A stretch of DNA of 60,953 bases from Octopus bimaculoides (lineage: Eukaryota), in NCBI RefSeq assembly GCF_001194135.2, contig NC_068990.1:81416238-81477190 (forward strand), in the 5' to 3' direction. Of the stretch, positions 37,115 through 50,685 are shown piece after piece. Position 1 is the first letter of the stretch, and each line of letters starts with the position of its first letter. Below the pieces are notes generated by a model. That model saw only the letters and a program-made list of their open reading frames with translations. It was not told the origin of the DNA and made no database searches. Position numbers and translations under genes: made by a program.

Positions 37115-37869
37115 GTACTGTCAGTGACATTAACACATTTATAGTGTCAGCCACAACATATGGTTCTTTGGTATTGGACTGTAACATAGCAAACCTAGAT
37201 TCCAAGTGTAATTCGAGAAACGTAATAAAAATAACACCACGTACTGCATAATATGCCTGACACCAACCGACTGCATATCCCTAGTAGAGAAGGTGGTTGG
37301 TGACTATTAAGCGCCATGAAGAAGTTTTACGGGGGCAAACGTTGCATCTTGTCCTTCGTCATGTATGTCCTTACATGCACAAATGTAAGAAATTGATTCT
37401 ATTAGCAGCTATAAATTTCTCACAACGAAAAAAAAAGAAAAAAGAAAAAAACTGGATTAAATTTTGAGCAAATGAAGTCTGAATCTAAAGCATTAGCACA
37501 AGACAGACGTAATGACGTCACGTAAGCCGAATGTGATAAACAATCATAATGGCATGCTTTTACATGCTTAAATACTTTTTGTACTGAATTTCCTTTATAT
37601 AAAAAAAAAACTACCTCTCAGCTGGAGGAACAACATGAACAATTCGCTCTTGCAGGAAATGCAAAAACATGCCAATAGGCACAAGCTATTACCACTAAAT
37701 ACACTTCATTTTGTATCTTGCGTTGGACATATGGTATTATTCCTCTGATTTTCCACCCTTATGCATCCATTTTTACTATAAGATGAATTCTAGCTCATGC
37801 TGAGCACTTCAACTCTAGCCCGTCTTTATGTATTGTTATATTAACAATACATAATTATACAAAAAATTA

Positions 37870-37906
<37 letters not shown>

Positions 37907-40181
37907 CTGACTTCTGAAAATATTATTTACGTAACACTACACACTTATATATTTTTTACCCATATATATATTCGTGTCTGTCAAATGTAGACTGCATCAA
38001 GTTTTCTGAAGCAGGACATCTACTGTATCAGTATACCCGAAACTATATACGCCTACGTCAGGTCAATGCTGACCGTGCGTGTATCTGCACACGTATGTGC
38101 AGGTCTGGGTACTATATTCTGAGGAAGACTAGCTGCAGCTGTTTATACAGAGAAGTTTCTCTCTGCACACCACTGATATTTAATCGTGGAAGTAAGGCCG
38201 CCGATTTGAATTAACACACCTGAGCACCACTGTTGTCTCAGGCGTTGCTCTCAGAACACAAAACTGAAATAGACACTGATAGGTATCTTACCCGACTTTC
38301 AAATAGTTCTGACAATGCACTGCTGTGGTCTGGTACTTCATCGTCAACCCTGAAAGGGTGTAAAGCAAATTTGACTGCAGCGGGATTTGAACTCAGACTG
38401 CAGAGAATGGAAACAAATTCTGAGAGGCATTCCATGCAAACAGCCAGTTAGTTATTTTCTCCTATATTACCTTCGATAAAATATTCTTGGGTGATACAAG
38501 AACAAGCAAAACGGTTCTACATATGTTTTGCCACCAGTAATCCCTTCTCTAATGGCCACAAAGGCCGCATAAAAATTTAGGTTAATACAAAGTAGTGAGG
38601 GTTTACATATACACGTAGATGTAATAAAAAACAAAATAACAATTAACAAGAAAATTAAAAAAACAAAATGCCCAAATAGAGTATAGTACCATCGAGAGTT
38701 AACCAAAAGAACCATTAAAATCCTAACTTAGCCGCGATCATCGAAGGAGCTACCGGAAGACACCTTCTTCCATCTTTTCTCTCCATTATACAGGCACCAG
38801 CTTACTCGTTCGGTCGATCCACACCACATTCAACCACCTTTTAAACAAATTTACTGGGAGGGGAGCAGCATTTCTCTCTCAAATCTTATTTTCCATTGGA
38901 ACTTTAAAAGGTTGATGAAGATTAGGTCGAAAAAGATTTCCCTCGGTTTAAGAACTACTGAACTGCATTTTGTCGTCTTTAAAAAAATGCACAGTTGATT
39001 ATGTAATCTGAGATACATTACGCCTTGGTCAAGATTTATTCTTATACATAATCTGTTATCCAGTTTAACACTTCCGCCGGGTCCTTGAGTATTTTTAGTG
39101 GAGTCCACTCTGTTGCAAGCATTTAAGCTAGATCTTCGCTTTCAGGATAATTTCCTCTTTTTTTTCTTACCAATCATGAAGGCCTGAAAAAGTAAAGTAT
39201 CATACATTGCTCCTTCCTTTAATAAATAAACGTTTAAATAAATAAATGGAATTCTTGCTTGATCAGGGCTGTTGTAACTCCAAACAGCAACAACAACCAC
39301 AATAACCAGGTGGACATGTTATAAATAGTGGTGAAAATTTTGGTAGGAATAACCGTATGAAATTAGGTGGAGAAAAATATATAAAGATAAATCTGAAGAA
39401 AAATTACTTTTCAATGCACGATATTTATATGAAAGTAAAATTGTTGTATATCATTGTGTCGGGAAGTTTTCGACGTTTCGGACAACATTTATGCTTCAGG
39501 GAAGATAGGCGAGTAAGTATCACTCACTTAATTTTACTGTTATACCAATAAATACGATATCTGCTGGCGCAGATTACAACCAGTCTATTGATTTCTATAT
39601 TTTTTTCTATCTAATATGCGATTAGATAAACTATAATGACATTTCGCTAATTACCATAATTTTTTTCCTTATCTATGACATCTTCATTGTGATCAATATT
39701 GTTATCTGTATTATCTATGGTGCTATCTATATTGTCATCTTATTTTCAAAACGGTTTATCTGACCGTTTAAAATTCTAATCATACGAATATGTAGGAATG
39801 GTTTAACAACATTCTAAAGTAAAAGAGAGAAAACGGACAAGAGTTACTATCAACGCATTAGATTATAACATTGACAGGCAGGGAACTTCTGCGTGGTCGT
39901 TGCTCAACTTGGTAGAAAAAGCAACCAAATCTCCTACCGTTTTACTATATATCATATCGGGAGGTTTAAGCAGCAGTGTAAGAATAGGAGCAAAAATTTA
40001 AGAATAAAGTGATTAATTAACAGGAATGCATTAGTCATACCACTTGTAAATGAAATAAATAGGTAAGATGAACGGTCTGACGAAAAGGAAAGTAATAATA
40101 GCGTCCAAAAGGCAAACATTATCAAACATTTGTTAGTTTGTTTGTTGTTGTTGTAGTTACTGCTGTTATTACTGCTGCCTG

Positions 40182-40564
40182 TGTGGAAGCACAATGGCCC
40201 ATTGGTTAGGGCAGCGGACTCGCGGTCATAGGATCGCGGTTTCGATTCCCAGAACGGGCGTTGTGAGTGTTTATTGAGCGAAAACACCTAAAGCTCCACG
40301 AGGCTCCGGCAGGGGATTGTGGCGAACCCTGCTGTACTCTTTCACCACAACTTTCTCTCACTCTTACTTCCTGTTTCTGTTGTACCTGTAATTCAAAGGG
40401 TCAGCCTTGTCACACTGTGTCACGCTGGATATCCCCGAGAACTACGTTAAGGGTACATGTGTCTGTGGAGTGCTCAGCCACTTGCACTTTAATTTCACGA
40501 GCAGGCTGTTCCGTTGATCGGATCAACTGGAACCCTCGACGTCGTAAGCGACGGAGTGCCAACA
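40182..40564 (+). mobile_element. Full-length OK/OR-like SINE with 11-bp target site duplication
   Basis: A and B boxes present; TSD actgctgcctg at 40171-40181 and 40565-40575. Confidence 0.92.
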
Positions 40565-41439
40565 ACTGCTGCCTGAGCCTCAGTCATTTATGACTGGACA
40601 GGCTCAAGATCAAATTGATACTCGGATTGTGGTCCTCACTCTATTTTATTTGGATATTCTATATTTAGTGTAACTACCTTTCTCAGTGTTTCTTCCATTT
40701 TATTCTCTTTTTCTATTTATATATATGTATGATGTATGGTGTGATCTGAAATATAGTTGGTTGTTATTTCTAACAGATCAAGAGACCAGGTGAAGGCTTC
40801 CTATATTTATCACAGGCAGAAAGTAGGAAAAGATTACTTCACTAAGAAATGTACTAGAAGACAGCTACAGTAGATTTACATAAATAGAGAGCAGAAAATG
40901 GCATGGGTGTAAGATAAATAGTTTTAAAAATTAAACAAAAACATACGATAAGTACAACTCTATATTTCTAAGAAAGCTGATAAATATGATATAAAAAAAG
41001 AACGCAGTTATACGCTTGTTGTACGTGGAGAAGAGCCAGAAGGTGTAACAAGTATGAGATATAGTTACAAATAAATAAATGATCAGAATAATTATAATTT
41101 AGGCACAAAGCCATCAAATTTGAGGGAAGGAGATTTCTTGATGCCATTTACTTCGGTATCAAACTGGTGCTTTTTTTTCTTGACTTTGTACGGATAAGAG
41201 ACAAAATCATTTTCGGAGGGATTCGAACTCAGAACTTGAAACGAAATAAATAGCAGTTGAACATTGGGGTTAATGTAATCAACAAGACCCCTTCCACACA
41301 ATTTTAGTCTTTGTGTCTATAAAAGAAAGGATTATTATCATCGTTGTCATCATTATTATTATTTCTCATTCCAAACGCCCTACATATACGTCGTCTCAAC
41401 TAACAATTAAACACACTCACATGTCTTTTATATATTGCA

Positions 41440-41830
41440 GACCATGTAGCAAACTTACTCATAATAAAAGAAAGCTTCAAGCAAAAACTAATTTCTTTTG
41501 GATGGTAAATTACAAAAGAAAATGTATCTAAGGAGACAAAACATTGCTAGAATACATGAATTAACAATATCGCCCAGAAGAGAAATAATGTACAAAAACG
41601 GCACAAAAATCAATAAATAAGTATTCAAATAGGGGAAGAAAAAAAAATGATTGCAGCAAGAAGCGAAAGATATGAAGACACCAGAAAAGAAAATTGAAAC
41701 AAATCCTGGGGAATAAAATCTTCAAAGAAGACGAAGAAAAAAAGAGAGAAGGATTTTGCTGAGAATTAAGTGAAAAGTAGAATAAAAACAGAAAAAAGAT
41801 ATTAAGAAGAAAGTTACAGATAGTCGGAAA
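41440..41830 (+). mobile_element. Old R4/Dong-like fragment upstream of the RT domain
   Basis: KRKLQAKTNF and IAARSERYE...NKIFKEDE loosely match the WKRRLQAKI and IAAKAQRLRRYE...NRLFK motifs. Confidence 0.4.
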
Positions 41831-41864
41831 ACTTATTCCAAATTGTAATAATAATAATAGTTCT

Positions 41865-42200
41865 TTCTACGATTGGCACAAGGCCTGAAATTTTGGGAGA
41901 GTGGGTTACTCGTTTGTATCGACTCTGGTGGTCAACTGGTGTGTATTTTATCGACTCCAAAAGGATGAAAGGGAATGTAGTCCTCGGTGAGCCATTATGA
42001 GCACAAAGCCTGAAATTTGGGGGAAAAAAAGTAATTCTATTACATTGATCCCAGTGCTTGATTGGTACATATTTTTTCGACCCCGAAAGGCTGAAAGCAA
42101 AGGTTGACCGAGGTGGATTTGAACTCTAAGCGCAAGGACGGACGAAATGCCGCTAAGCATTTTGCTCGGCGCGCTAACGATTCCGCCAGCTTGTTGCCTT
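41865..42200 (-). mobile_element. Two tandem Meta/MESC-domain SINE pieces
   Basis: The tail ggcacaaggcctgaaatttt occurs twice (41876 and about 42002); the head ends at 42200 next to (AAT)n. Confidence 0.8.
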
Positions 42201-42221
42201 AATAATAATAATAATAATAAT

Positions 42222-42520
42222 ACAACTCAGTAAAAAGAGATATATACCTCACAAGTGCAACGAACCTCTGCAGGATGTGCGAGAAGAGGGTCGAAAACGT
42301 GACTCACATTGTTAGTGCTTGTGAATGTCGTGCACAGAAAGTGTACAAACGCAGAAACGACAAGATAGCCCAAAACCTTCACTGGCTACTATGCCCGTAA
42401 GTATGGATATAATGTTACCGGTGCTTGGTACCAACATACACCGGAAAAGGTAATGGACGAAAAGGGTAAGGCAAAGATCCTCTGGGTCTTTGATTTCCAG
42501 ACAGACAAAGTGTTAGAGCG
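42222..42520 (+). mobile_element. R4/Dong-like family B internal fragment
   Basis: CRMCEKRVENVTHIVSACE...YKRRNDKIAQNLHWLLC...WYQHTPEKVMDEKGKAKILW; nucleotide match to 27380-27510. Confidence 0.85.
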
Positions 42521-42579
42521 CCTTTTCTAGCTTTCTAACTAGCTCTCCCTCTACCCATGATTCCTCTAAGGCTCAACCG

Positions 42580-42716
42580 GTACTCATTTTATTGACCCCG
42601 AAAGGATGACGGGCAAAGTCGACCTCGACGCAATTTGAACTCAGAACGTAGCAACGGGTGAAATACCGCTAAGCATTTTGTCCAGTACGCTAATGACTCT
42701 GCCAGCTCGCCGCCTA
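42580..42716 (-). mobile_element. Meta/MESC-domain SINE 5' part
   Basis: attgaccccgaaaggatgacgggcaaagtcgacctcg...gccagctcgccgcc. Confidence 0.85.
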
Positions 42717-43383
42717 AATAATAATGATAATAATAATTATTATTATTATTATTATTATTATTCTTTCGACTGGAAGCACAAGGTCTCAAATAAATAAACG
42801 TCCACATCAGTATAGATACTTTATATATGTCCGAAAGAACGAAAGGTATAGTTTGACTTCGGCCCTAGTTGAACCCAAAGAGCAGAGGATCGAAATGAAT
42901 ACTACAAGACTGTCTAACCGATGCTCAAACAACTCGGCCATTTCGTCTTATAACAGGCCTATTATTTAAACTGAAAACAACATAAATAGACATATAATTC
43001 TTATTTCATAAATAAGGTGCAATAAAAAGTTTTAAAGAACAGATACGTCAACAGCAGACACAACTACTACTACTGACACAATAATAATAATAAGAGATAC
43101 AACAGCAATTTACTATTCAAACTTCTACAACAGTGGCAGGAATTATCAAGATAAATAGTAGGGAGAAAGTGCTTAACATATATTCTTGTAAAAGTAAAAG
43201 TTTCTTAAATACCTAGGGGCTTTAAACAGCTGGTGTTTAGCTCCATTTTCATCCCGTTGACTAGATGAAACATATATTTATACCTGGATAAAACATATGT
43301 TTTTCTTGCGTAACATTCCAGTATGACCGGGTGCTTACTTCAGACAACTGAGGGTACAATGTTTCACCCAGAAACTTAACCAG

Positions 43384-43893
43384 ACGCGAGCTGGCAGAAA
43401 CGTTATCACGCCGGGTGATATGCTTAGCGGCATTTCGTCTGTTTTTACGTTCTGAGTTCAAATGCCGCCAAGGTCGACTTTACTTTTCATCCTTTCGGGG
43501 TCGATGAAATAAGTACCAGTTGACCTCAGTACGCAACTGGTACTTAATTTATCGACCCCCGAATGGATGAAAGACAGAGTCGAATTCGGCGGAATTTGAA
43601 CTCAGAACGTAAAGACAGACGAAATACCCTAAGCGTTTCGCCCGGTGTGCGTACGTTTCTTATTTCTTAATTGTCCACAAGGGGCTAAACATTAGAGGGG
43701 ACAAACAAGGACAGACAAAGGGATTAAGTCGATTACATCGACCCCAGTGCGTAACTGGTGCTTAATTTATCGACCCGGAAAGGATGAAAGGCAAAGTTGA
43801 ACTCGGCGGAATTTGAACTCAGAACATAAAGACAGACGAAATGCCGCTAAGCGTTTCGTCCGGCGTGCTAACGTTTCTGCCAGCTCGCCGCCT
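43384..43893. mobile_element. Cluster of three Meta/MESC-domain SINEs (+ 43384-43522; - 43523-43650; - 43660-43893)
   Basis: Direct alignment among the copies; the first two are tail-to-tail with an 11-nt spacer. Confidence 0.92.
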
Positions 43894-44913
43894 TTGCCCT
43901 TCTAAATATTAAAAATTGTTACCAGTAATAACTCAGAGTTAATCAACCAACTGTATTATTTGTCAACAACATTTTTCTGAGATGATTTTTTTTCATTATG
44001 TTTTCTTCTTTTTTATTTCCTGAAGAAAAAGACAAAAATTTCCTTTTAAGCTCTAAACACAACCCTTTGAGAAGAAATATTTTGTGATGTATGTATCAAC
44101 TCAATCTCTGGTCTTTTTTTCTCTTGGCAGGTTTAATTAACATCATAGTATTTTTGACAATGTTATTTTATAAAAATTTCTCTCATATCTTTTAAGACTC
44201 GTACATAAATCAGTCCCTTATGAGTAAACCGAAATTCTTTCATCTTAAATTTTTTTTTTCAGTTCCTCATCTATTTCAACTTCGCTATTTTTCTTTCTCC
44301 TATATTTTCAGCTTCATCAAAGGAACTATTCTTTTCAAGTGTTTCACTGTCTATTTATATTTTCTTTCAGAAGGGAGCTATTTTTTTTAATAGAAGTTTT
44401 TTTGTTTTTTTTCCGAAAGCCTTTGTGTAAAACGCCAAGCAACATCTCACAGATTTCAGAATTACAAGAAATTTAAAATTCCTAGAACTCTTACATTATA
44501 AAACAGATTTATAGCAGTTAAAATCTAGGAAATTTTTTCTACTTATTTCAAATATCATTTACTGTTTTTGTCTTTTGCTTTAATGACACGCATCAAGAAT
44601 ATTTGACATACGTCAAGAATGAACCAAACCTGACGATGTCCAGGCATTTAGATAAAATTCCATGTAGGAGCCATGCATGTGGTCAGTTGAGGCTTACTGC
44701 TTATGAAGTGCAAAAACACACCGAAATCATAGATAGCGTTGTTACACTGTTTCTCGTCTGCTACCGATATCTCTGTGTTTATATCCACATGAATCTAACC
44801 GAGAGGCGTTCTTAAGACGAATTCTCTAGTTTTATGGCTTTCTCATAATACATCCTCATTAAATAGGGTACATACATGCATGTGTTTGTATATACATATA
44901 TATAAATATAAAA

Positions 44914-45160
44914 GCGCCCCTTTTAAAAGCCTAGCCAGGCTCATGGGCCCGGTTTCCCGGTTTTTGTGGCGTATGTGTTCCCCAGCTAGACGGAACGCCG
45001 GTCCATTGCAGTGTTACTCATTTTTGCCAGCTGAGTGGACTGGAGCAACGTGAAATGAAGTGTTTTGCTCAAGAACACAACGCGTCGCCCGGTCCAGAAA
45101 TCGAAACCACAATCTTACGATCATGATGCTGACACCCTAACCACTAAGCCACGCGTCTCC
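44914..45160 (-). mobile_element. Short (about 250 bp) tRNA-headed CORE-like SINE
   Basis: Minus strand: ggagacgcgtggcttagtggttagg (A box), ggtttcgatttctgg (B box), gtgttcttgagcaaaacacttcatttc (CORE-like). Confidence 0.85.
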
Positions 45161-45981
45161 ACCGGTATATACATATATTACATATGTATATATATTTACA
45201 TATATTACACACACATATANNNNNNNNNNNNNNNNNNNNNNNNNNNNNNNNNNNNNNNNNNNNNNNNNNNNNNNNNNNNNNNNNNNNNNNNNNNNNNNNN
45301 NNNNNNNNNNNNNNNNNNNNNNNNNNNNNNNNNNNNNNNNNNNNNNNNNNNNNNNNNNNNNNNNNNNNNNNNNNNNNNNNNNNNNNNNNNNNNNNNNNNN
45401 NNNNNNNNNNNNNNNNNNNNNNNNNNNNNNNNNNNNNNNNNNNNNNNNNNNNNNNNNNNNNNNNNNNNNNNNNNNNNNNNNNNNNNNNNNNNNNNNNNNN
45501 NNNNNNNNNNNNNNNNNNNNNNNNNNNNNNNNNNNNNNNNNNNNNNNNNNNNNNNNNNNNNNNNNNNNNNNNNNNNNNNNNNNNNNNNNNNNNNNNNNNN
45601 NNNNNNNNNNNNNNNNNNNNNNNNNNNNNNNNNNNNNNNNNNNNNNNNNNNNNNNNNNNNNNNNNNNNNNNNNNNNNNNNNNNNNNNNNNNNNNNNNNNN
45701 NNNNNNNNNNNNNNNNNNNNNNNNNNNNNNNNNNNNNNNNNNNNNNNNNNNNNNNNNNNNNNNNNNNNNNNNNNNNNNNNNNNNNNNNNNNNNNNNNNNN
45801 NNNNNNNNNNNNNNNNNNNNNNNNNNNNNNNNNNNNNNNNNNNNNNNNNNNNNNNNNNNNNNNNNNNNNNNNNNNNNNNNNNNNNNNNNNNNNNNNNNNN
45901 NNNNNNNNNNNNNNNNNNNNNNNNNNNNNNNNNNNNNNNNNNNNNNNNNNNNNNNNNNNNNNNNNNNNNNNNNNNNNNNNN

Positions 45982-46044
<63 letters not shown>

Positions 46045-46303
46045 ATATATATATATGAAAGTATATATATATATATATGTAATTATATATAAATGCATGT
46101 ACATTACCATACTTATATGCATACATATGTGTGTGTGTGTTTATGTATGCGTGTGTGTGTTCATGAGCGTGTATGTGTACGGTTCTGTGATATATATATG
46201 CGTGTGTGTGTGTGTGTATACATATATACACATACATATACATATATATGTATATACATGTGTGTATATATATGTATATATATATGTATATATGTATGTA
46301 TAC

Positions 46304-46336
<33 letters not shown>

Positions 46337-46957
46337 NNNNNNNNNNATATATATATATATGTATGTATGTATGTATATATATATATATACATACATGCAT
46401 ACATACATGTATGTGTGCGTGTGCATGTTCATAGACACATATACACAATGAGATCAATAAAGATTATTATCCCGTTTATAATTGCAATTGCTCTAAGACA
46501 TGATTAAAACCGTATATGTATGTATGTATGTATGTGTGCGTGAGTGTTTATGTATGTGAGTACGTGTATGTGTACACACACACACGCATACATACAGAAG
46601 CACAAATGTATTCTCTTCTCAATGCGCTGCACTTTGTACTATTACGTTCGTTTTATTTTATTTCTTTTTGCTTTGGTTTTATGCTCTTTTGTTTTTTTTT
46701 TGATTTTGGTAATTTTTTGTAATTCTTTAACACCTTATCAGAAGCGTGCACATTAGAATATCGTAAATAGTAAACAAGGAGAGAAGACTGATCAACATGT
46801 ATCTTCGGAGACAATGGTATGCCGCGGTGAGGTATTCTCACGTATGTCTTCCATTCGATAATATTTCTATTTTAGGCGAGCGTAGTTTATTATAGATATT
46901 CACACGAATAGAAGCGTATCTCTGCATACATGGATATAGGCTTGAATGTATAAATGC

Positions 46958-46997
<40 letters not shown>

Positions 46998-47301
46998 CAT
47001 TTTTATATGTGTACGTTGGTGGAAGTGAAAGGGTTTAAAGATAATCAATACATGTATAGAAACAACGCACTCATACATTTATACACACNNNNNNNNNNNN
47101 NNNNNNNNNNNNNNNNNNNNNNNNNNNNNNNNNNNNNNNNNNNNNNNNNNNNNNNNNNNNNNNNNNNNNNNNNNNNNNNNNNNNNNNNNNNNNNNNNNNN
47201 NNNNNNNNNNNNNNNNNNNNNNNNNNNNNATATATATATATGAATGTATGTATGTATGTATGTATGTATTTGTAAATATATACATATGTGAGTGTATATA
47301 C

Positions 47302-47353
<52 letters not shown>

Positions 47354-47458
47354 CATTTTTATATGTGTACGTTGGTGGAAGTGAAAGGGTTTAAAGATAA
47401 TCAATACATGTATAGAAACAACGCACTCATACATTTATACACACATACAGGCAAGAAT

Positions 47459-47491
<33 letters not shown>

Positions 47492-48258
47492 CATACATAA
47501 AGACTTATATATACTTAAGTATTATTCATATATATGATATGATATGATATATATATATATATGTATGTATATACATATATGTGTGTGCGTGCGTGTGTGT
47601 GTATATATATATATCTATCTATATATATATATATATATATATACGTGTTTTTCTCTCTCCCTTTCTTCTATCTTTTCTATTTTCAAAAAAAATGTTTCTC
47701 CCAGCGTTCACTATTTTCTTCCCGTTCTGGTCTAACGAGCCTCCATGTTTGTTTTCGTTCGGTTTCCTTGTATGTCTCCACTGGCCTGTTTTTGTTCCCA
47801 ATTTTGACCCTCCATAAAGCCTAAATTTTATTTTAGAATTTATGGGAGCAACTGTCTTTGAAGACTCATACTGTCGTTGGAATGAGGAGTAGATACACAG
47901 CTGACAACTGATTAAAGGTCCTTTGTCTGTGTTAACATGTCCTGTTCTGTATTTTCTCTCGTTGTTTACGTTTTTCCCGCTTTTGTTTACGGATTTCATG
48001 TTATTTACACCGTTGGTGACGTCCTGTACCCATATATACATGTATGTGTGTGTATGCCCTAACTCTTCGAAACGTTTAGTTTTAGAATGGTGGCAGCTGA
48101 TGAAAGAAATGTTCTCTATGTGGCCTGTGTGTTTTGTGTACTCCGTTTATCATTTTGTTCACATTTTTTTGCTATGTCCTGTACCCAGATATGCATCTAT
48201 ATATACATGCAGATGTAGGTATGTACATACATGTACGTATATACTCATATATTATTTG

Positions 48259-48300
<42 letters not shown>

Positions 48301-48525
48301 NNNNNNNNNNNNNNNNNNNNNNNNNNNNNNNNNNNNNNNNNNNNNNNNNNNNNNNNNNNNNNNNNNNNNNNNNNNNNNNNNNNNNNNNNNNNNNNNNNNN
48401 NNNNNNNNNNNNNNNNNNNNNNNNNNNNNNNNNNNNNNNNNNNNNNNNNNNNNNNNNNNNNNNNNNNNNNNNNNNNNNNNNNNNNNNNNNNNNNNNNNTA
48501 TATATATATATATACATATATATCT

Positions 48526-48568
<43 letters not shown>

Positions 48569-49064
48569 CATACACACAGCTACATAAATACATACATACA
48601 TGCATGCATACATATGTGTGTTCGTGTATGTGTGTATATATTTATATATATGTATATAAATTATAGGTATCTCTATACAATCATTATCCATTTTAGACTA
48701 GTCTGTATGTCTGTTGTGTCGGTACTCCACAGTATGATTTTTCTTTATCTTTTCCATTCAGGTATGTATATGTGTGGATGCGTATATAATTCTATGTTTT
48801 TTTTGCTGCCTATTTTTATAGAATCTGTTATAATATTTGAGTAAAATATGTCTATTTTTTTTTCTTTTTTTTAGTCGTCTGCCCGATCGTAAAGCAATGT
48901 CACAAAACCCATAGTTTGAGGCATTTTTGGTTGATATAAATTAATTAACTGTTACTATATTTGAGTGTTTGCGTTTTTTTATGCGTCCGTGCATTCGTGC
49001 GCTCATGTGTGTGTGTGTGCCTGCGTTTATACATATATGTGCATATTTTATGTGTTATTTCTTT

Positions 49065-49288
49065 ACTACCCACAAGGGGCTACACACAGAGGGGACAAAC
49101 AAGGACAGACAAACGGATTAAATCGATTATATCGACCCCAGTGCGTAACTGGTACTTATTTAATCGACCCCGAAAGGATGAAAGGCAAAGTCGACCTCGG
49201 CGGAATTTGAACTCAGAACGTAGCGGGCAGACGAAATACCGCTAAGCATTTCGCCCGGTGTGCTAACGGTTCTGCCAGCTCGCCGCCA
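49065..49288 (-). mobile_element. Young Meta/MESC-domain SINE, long-tail variant
   Basis: Intact head and central domain; tail cccacaaggggctacacacagaggggacaaacaaggacagac shared with 43670. Confidence 0.92.
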
Positions 49289-49789
49289 TATTTTATGTGT
49301 ACGTTTCTTTTTATCTGTAAATATGAATGTANNNNNNNNNNNNNNNNNNNNNNNNNNNNNNNNNNNNNNNNNNNNNNNNNNNNNNNNNNNNNNNNNNNNN
49401 NNNNNNNNNNNNNNNNNNNNNNNNNNNNNNNNNNNNNNNNNNNNNNNNNNNNNNNNNNNNNNNNNNNNNNNNNNNNNNNNNNNNNNNNNNNNNNNNNNNN
49501 NNNNNNNNNNNNNNNNNNNNNNNNNNNNNNNNNNNNNNNNNNNNNNNNNNNNNNNNNNNNNNNNNNNNNNNNNNNNNNNNNNNNNNNNNNNNNNNNNNNN
49601 NNNNNNNNNNNNNNNNNNNNNNNNNNNNNNNNNNNNNNNNNNNNNNNNNNNNNNNNNNNNNNNNNNNNNNNNNNNNNNNNNNNNNNNNNNNNNNNNNNNN
49701 NNNNNNNNNNNNNNNNNNNNNNNNNNNNNNNNNNNNNNNNNNNNNNNNNNNNNNNNNNNNNNNNNNNNNNNNNNNNNNNNNNNNNNNNN

Positions 49790-50091
49790 AGAGGTAACTC
49801 GAATGTGGAATCTAAAAACAGAAACAATTCCTATCATAGTAGGTGCCTTAGGTATAATAAAAAAAAATATTCAGACAAATACATAACAAAAACACCAGGA
49901 CTTACAAATATATATAACATACAGAAAATTGCACTACTGGGTACTGCACACATTCTACGCAAAACACTTTCAATACAGTAAACATAAGAGCACCACAGCA
50001 AACCACAGCACATACCCAAGGCACACAGAGCTGCGCTCGGTAGTGAAGTGAAAGCACGTTATAAAAATAAAACTACTGAACAATAATAATA
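49790..50091 (+). mobile_element. R4/Dong-like family A 3' end with intact 3' UTR and (AAT)n tail
   Basis: EVTRMWNLKTETIPIIVGALG...IQKIALLGTAHILRKTLSIQ*; matches 26070-26240. The upstream part is lost in the N gap. Confidence 0.9.
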
Positions 50092-50096
50092 ATAAT

Positions 50097-50129
<33 letters not shown>

Positions 50130-50305
50130 CCTTTCTACTAAAGGCACAAAGCCTGAAAATTTGGGGAGGGGACTAGTCGATTATATCGGCCCCACTTTTT
50201 CACTGCTGCTTAATTTATTGACTCTGAAAATATGAAAAGCAAAGTCGACCTCGGTGGAATATGAAATCGGAAAGTAGCGACGAGCGAAATACCGCTAAAC
50301 ATTTC
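50130..50305 (-). mobile_element. Meta/MESC-domain SINE, short-tail variant
   Basis: Tail cctttctactaaaggcacaaagcctgaaaatttgggg fused to the (AAT)n tract. Confidence 0.8.
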
Positions 50306-50685
50306 GCCAAGAACACTCGGAGAGCGAAAATGTCCACCATGGCAACACCAACGTCCACAACGATTAGCCAAAGATGATTTTTTAAATGAGAATATCTGAA
50401 ATAAACTCGACAGATCTCACAAACGAGAATATTAAAAATGAACTCAACCGCTCTCAAAAATGAAGTTAAAAAAAAACAAAAAAAAAATGGAAAAATAATC
50501 CAGAATCCTTGTCCGCTACCAGATCGATCCCAGAATCTAATCAGTTAGTGCCAGTCACGAAGCCAAACACCGCTGAAAATTTCATTCGAATCCATCCTGC
50601 AGTTTTTGAGATATCTTGCCCACAGACAGACAAACAAACAAACAAACACGACTGAAACAATACCTCCACCTTCGGTAAGGCGGAA

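Noticed and set aside
36799-37251. Poly-D/N/K/R ORFs
   Set aside because: Translations of a compound trinucleotide microsatellite with no splice or domain support.
37513-37520. CRE palindrome TGACGTCA (also 2257-2264)
   Set aside because: An 8-mer is expected about once per window by chance; no promoter context.
38794-38844. Possible terminal exon APAYSFGRSTPHSTTF* after a strong acceptor, recalling ODF3/SHIPPO repeats
   Set aside because: Only 16 codons, and no PGP-x-x-Y repeat exons were found elsewhere in the window.
47875-48130. Further hammerhead-like fragments (gaatgagg...acagctgac; cgaaacgtt...ctgatgaaagaaa)
   Set aside because: Core boxes are broken or stems cannot be formed; at most very old Penelope-type debris.
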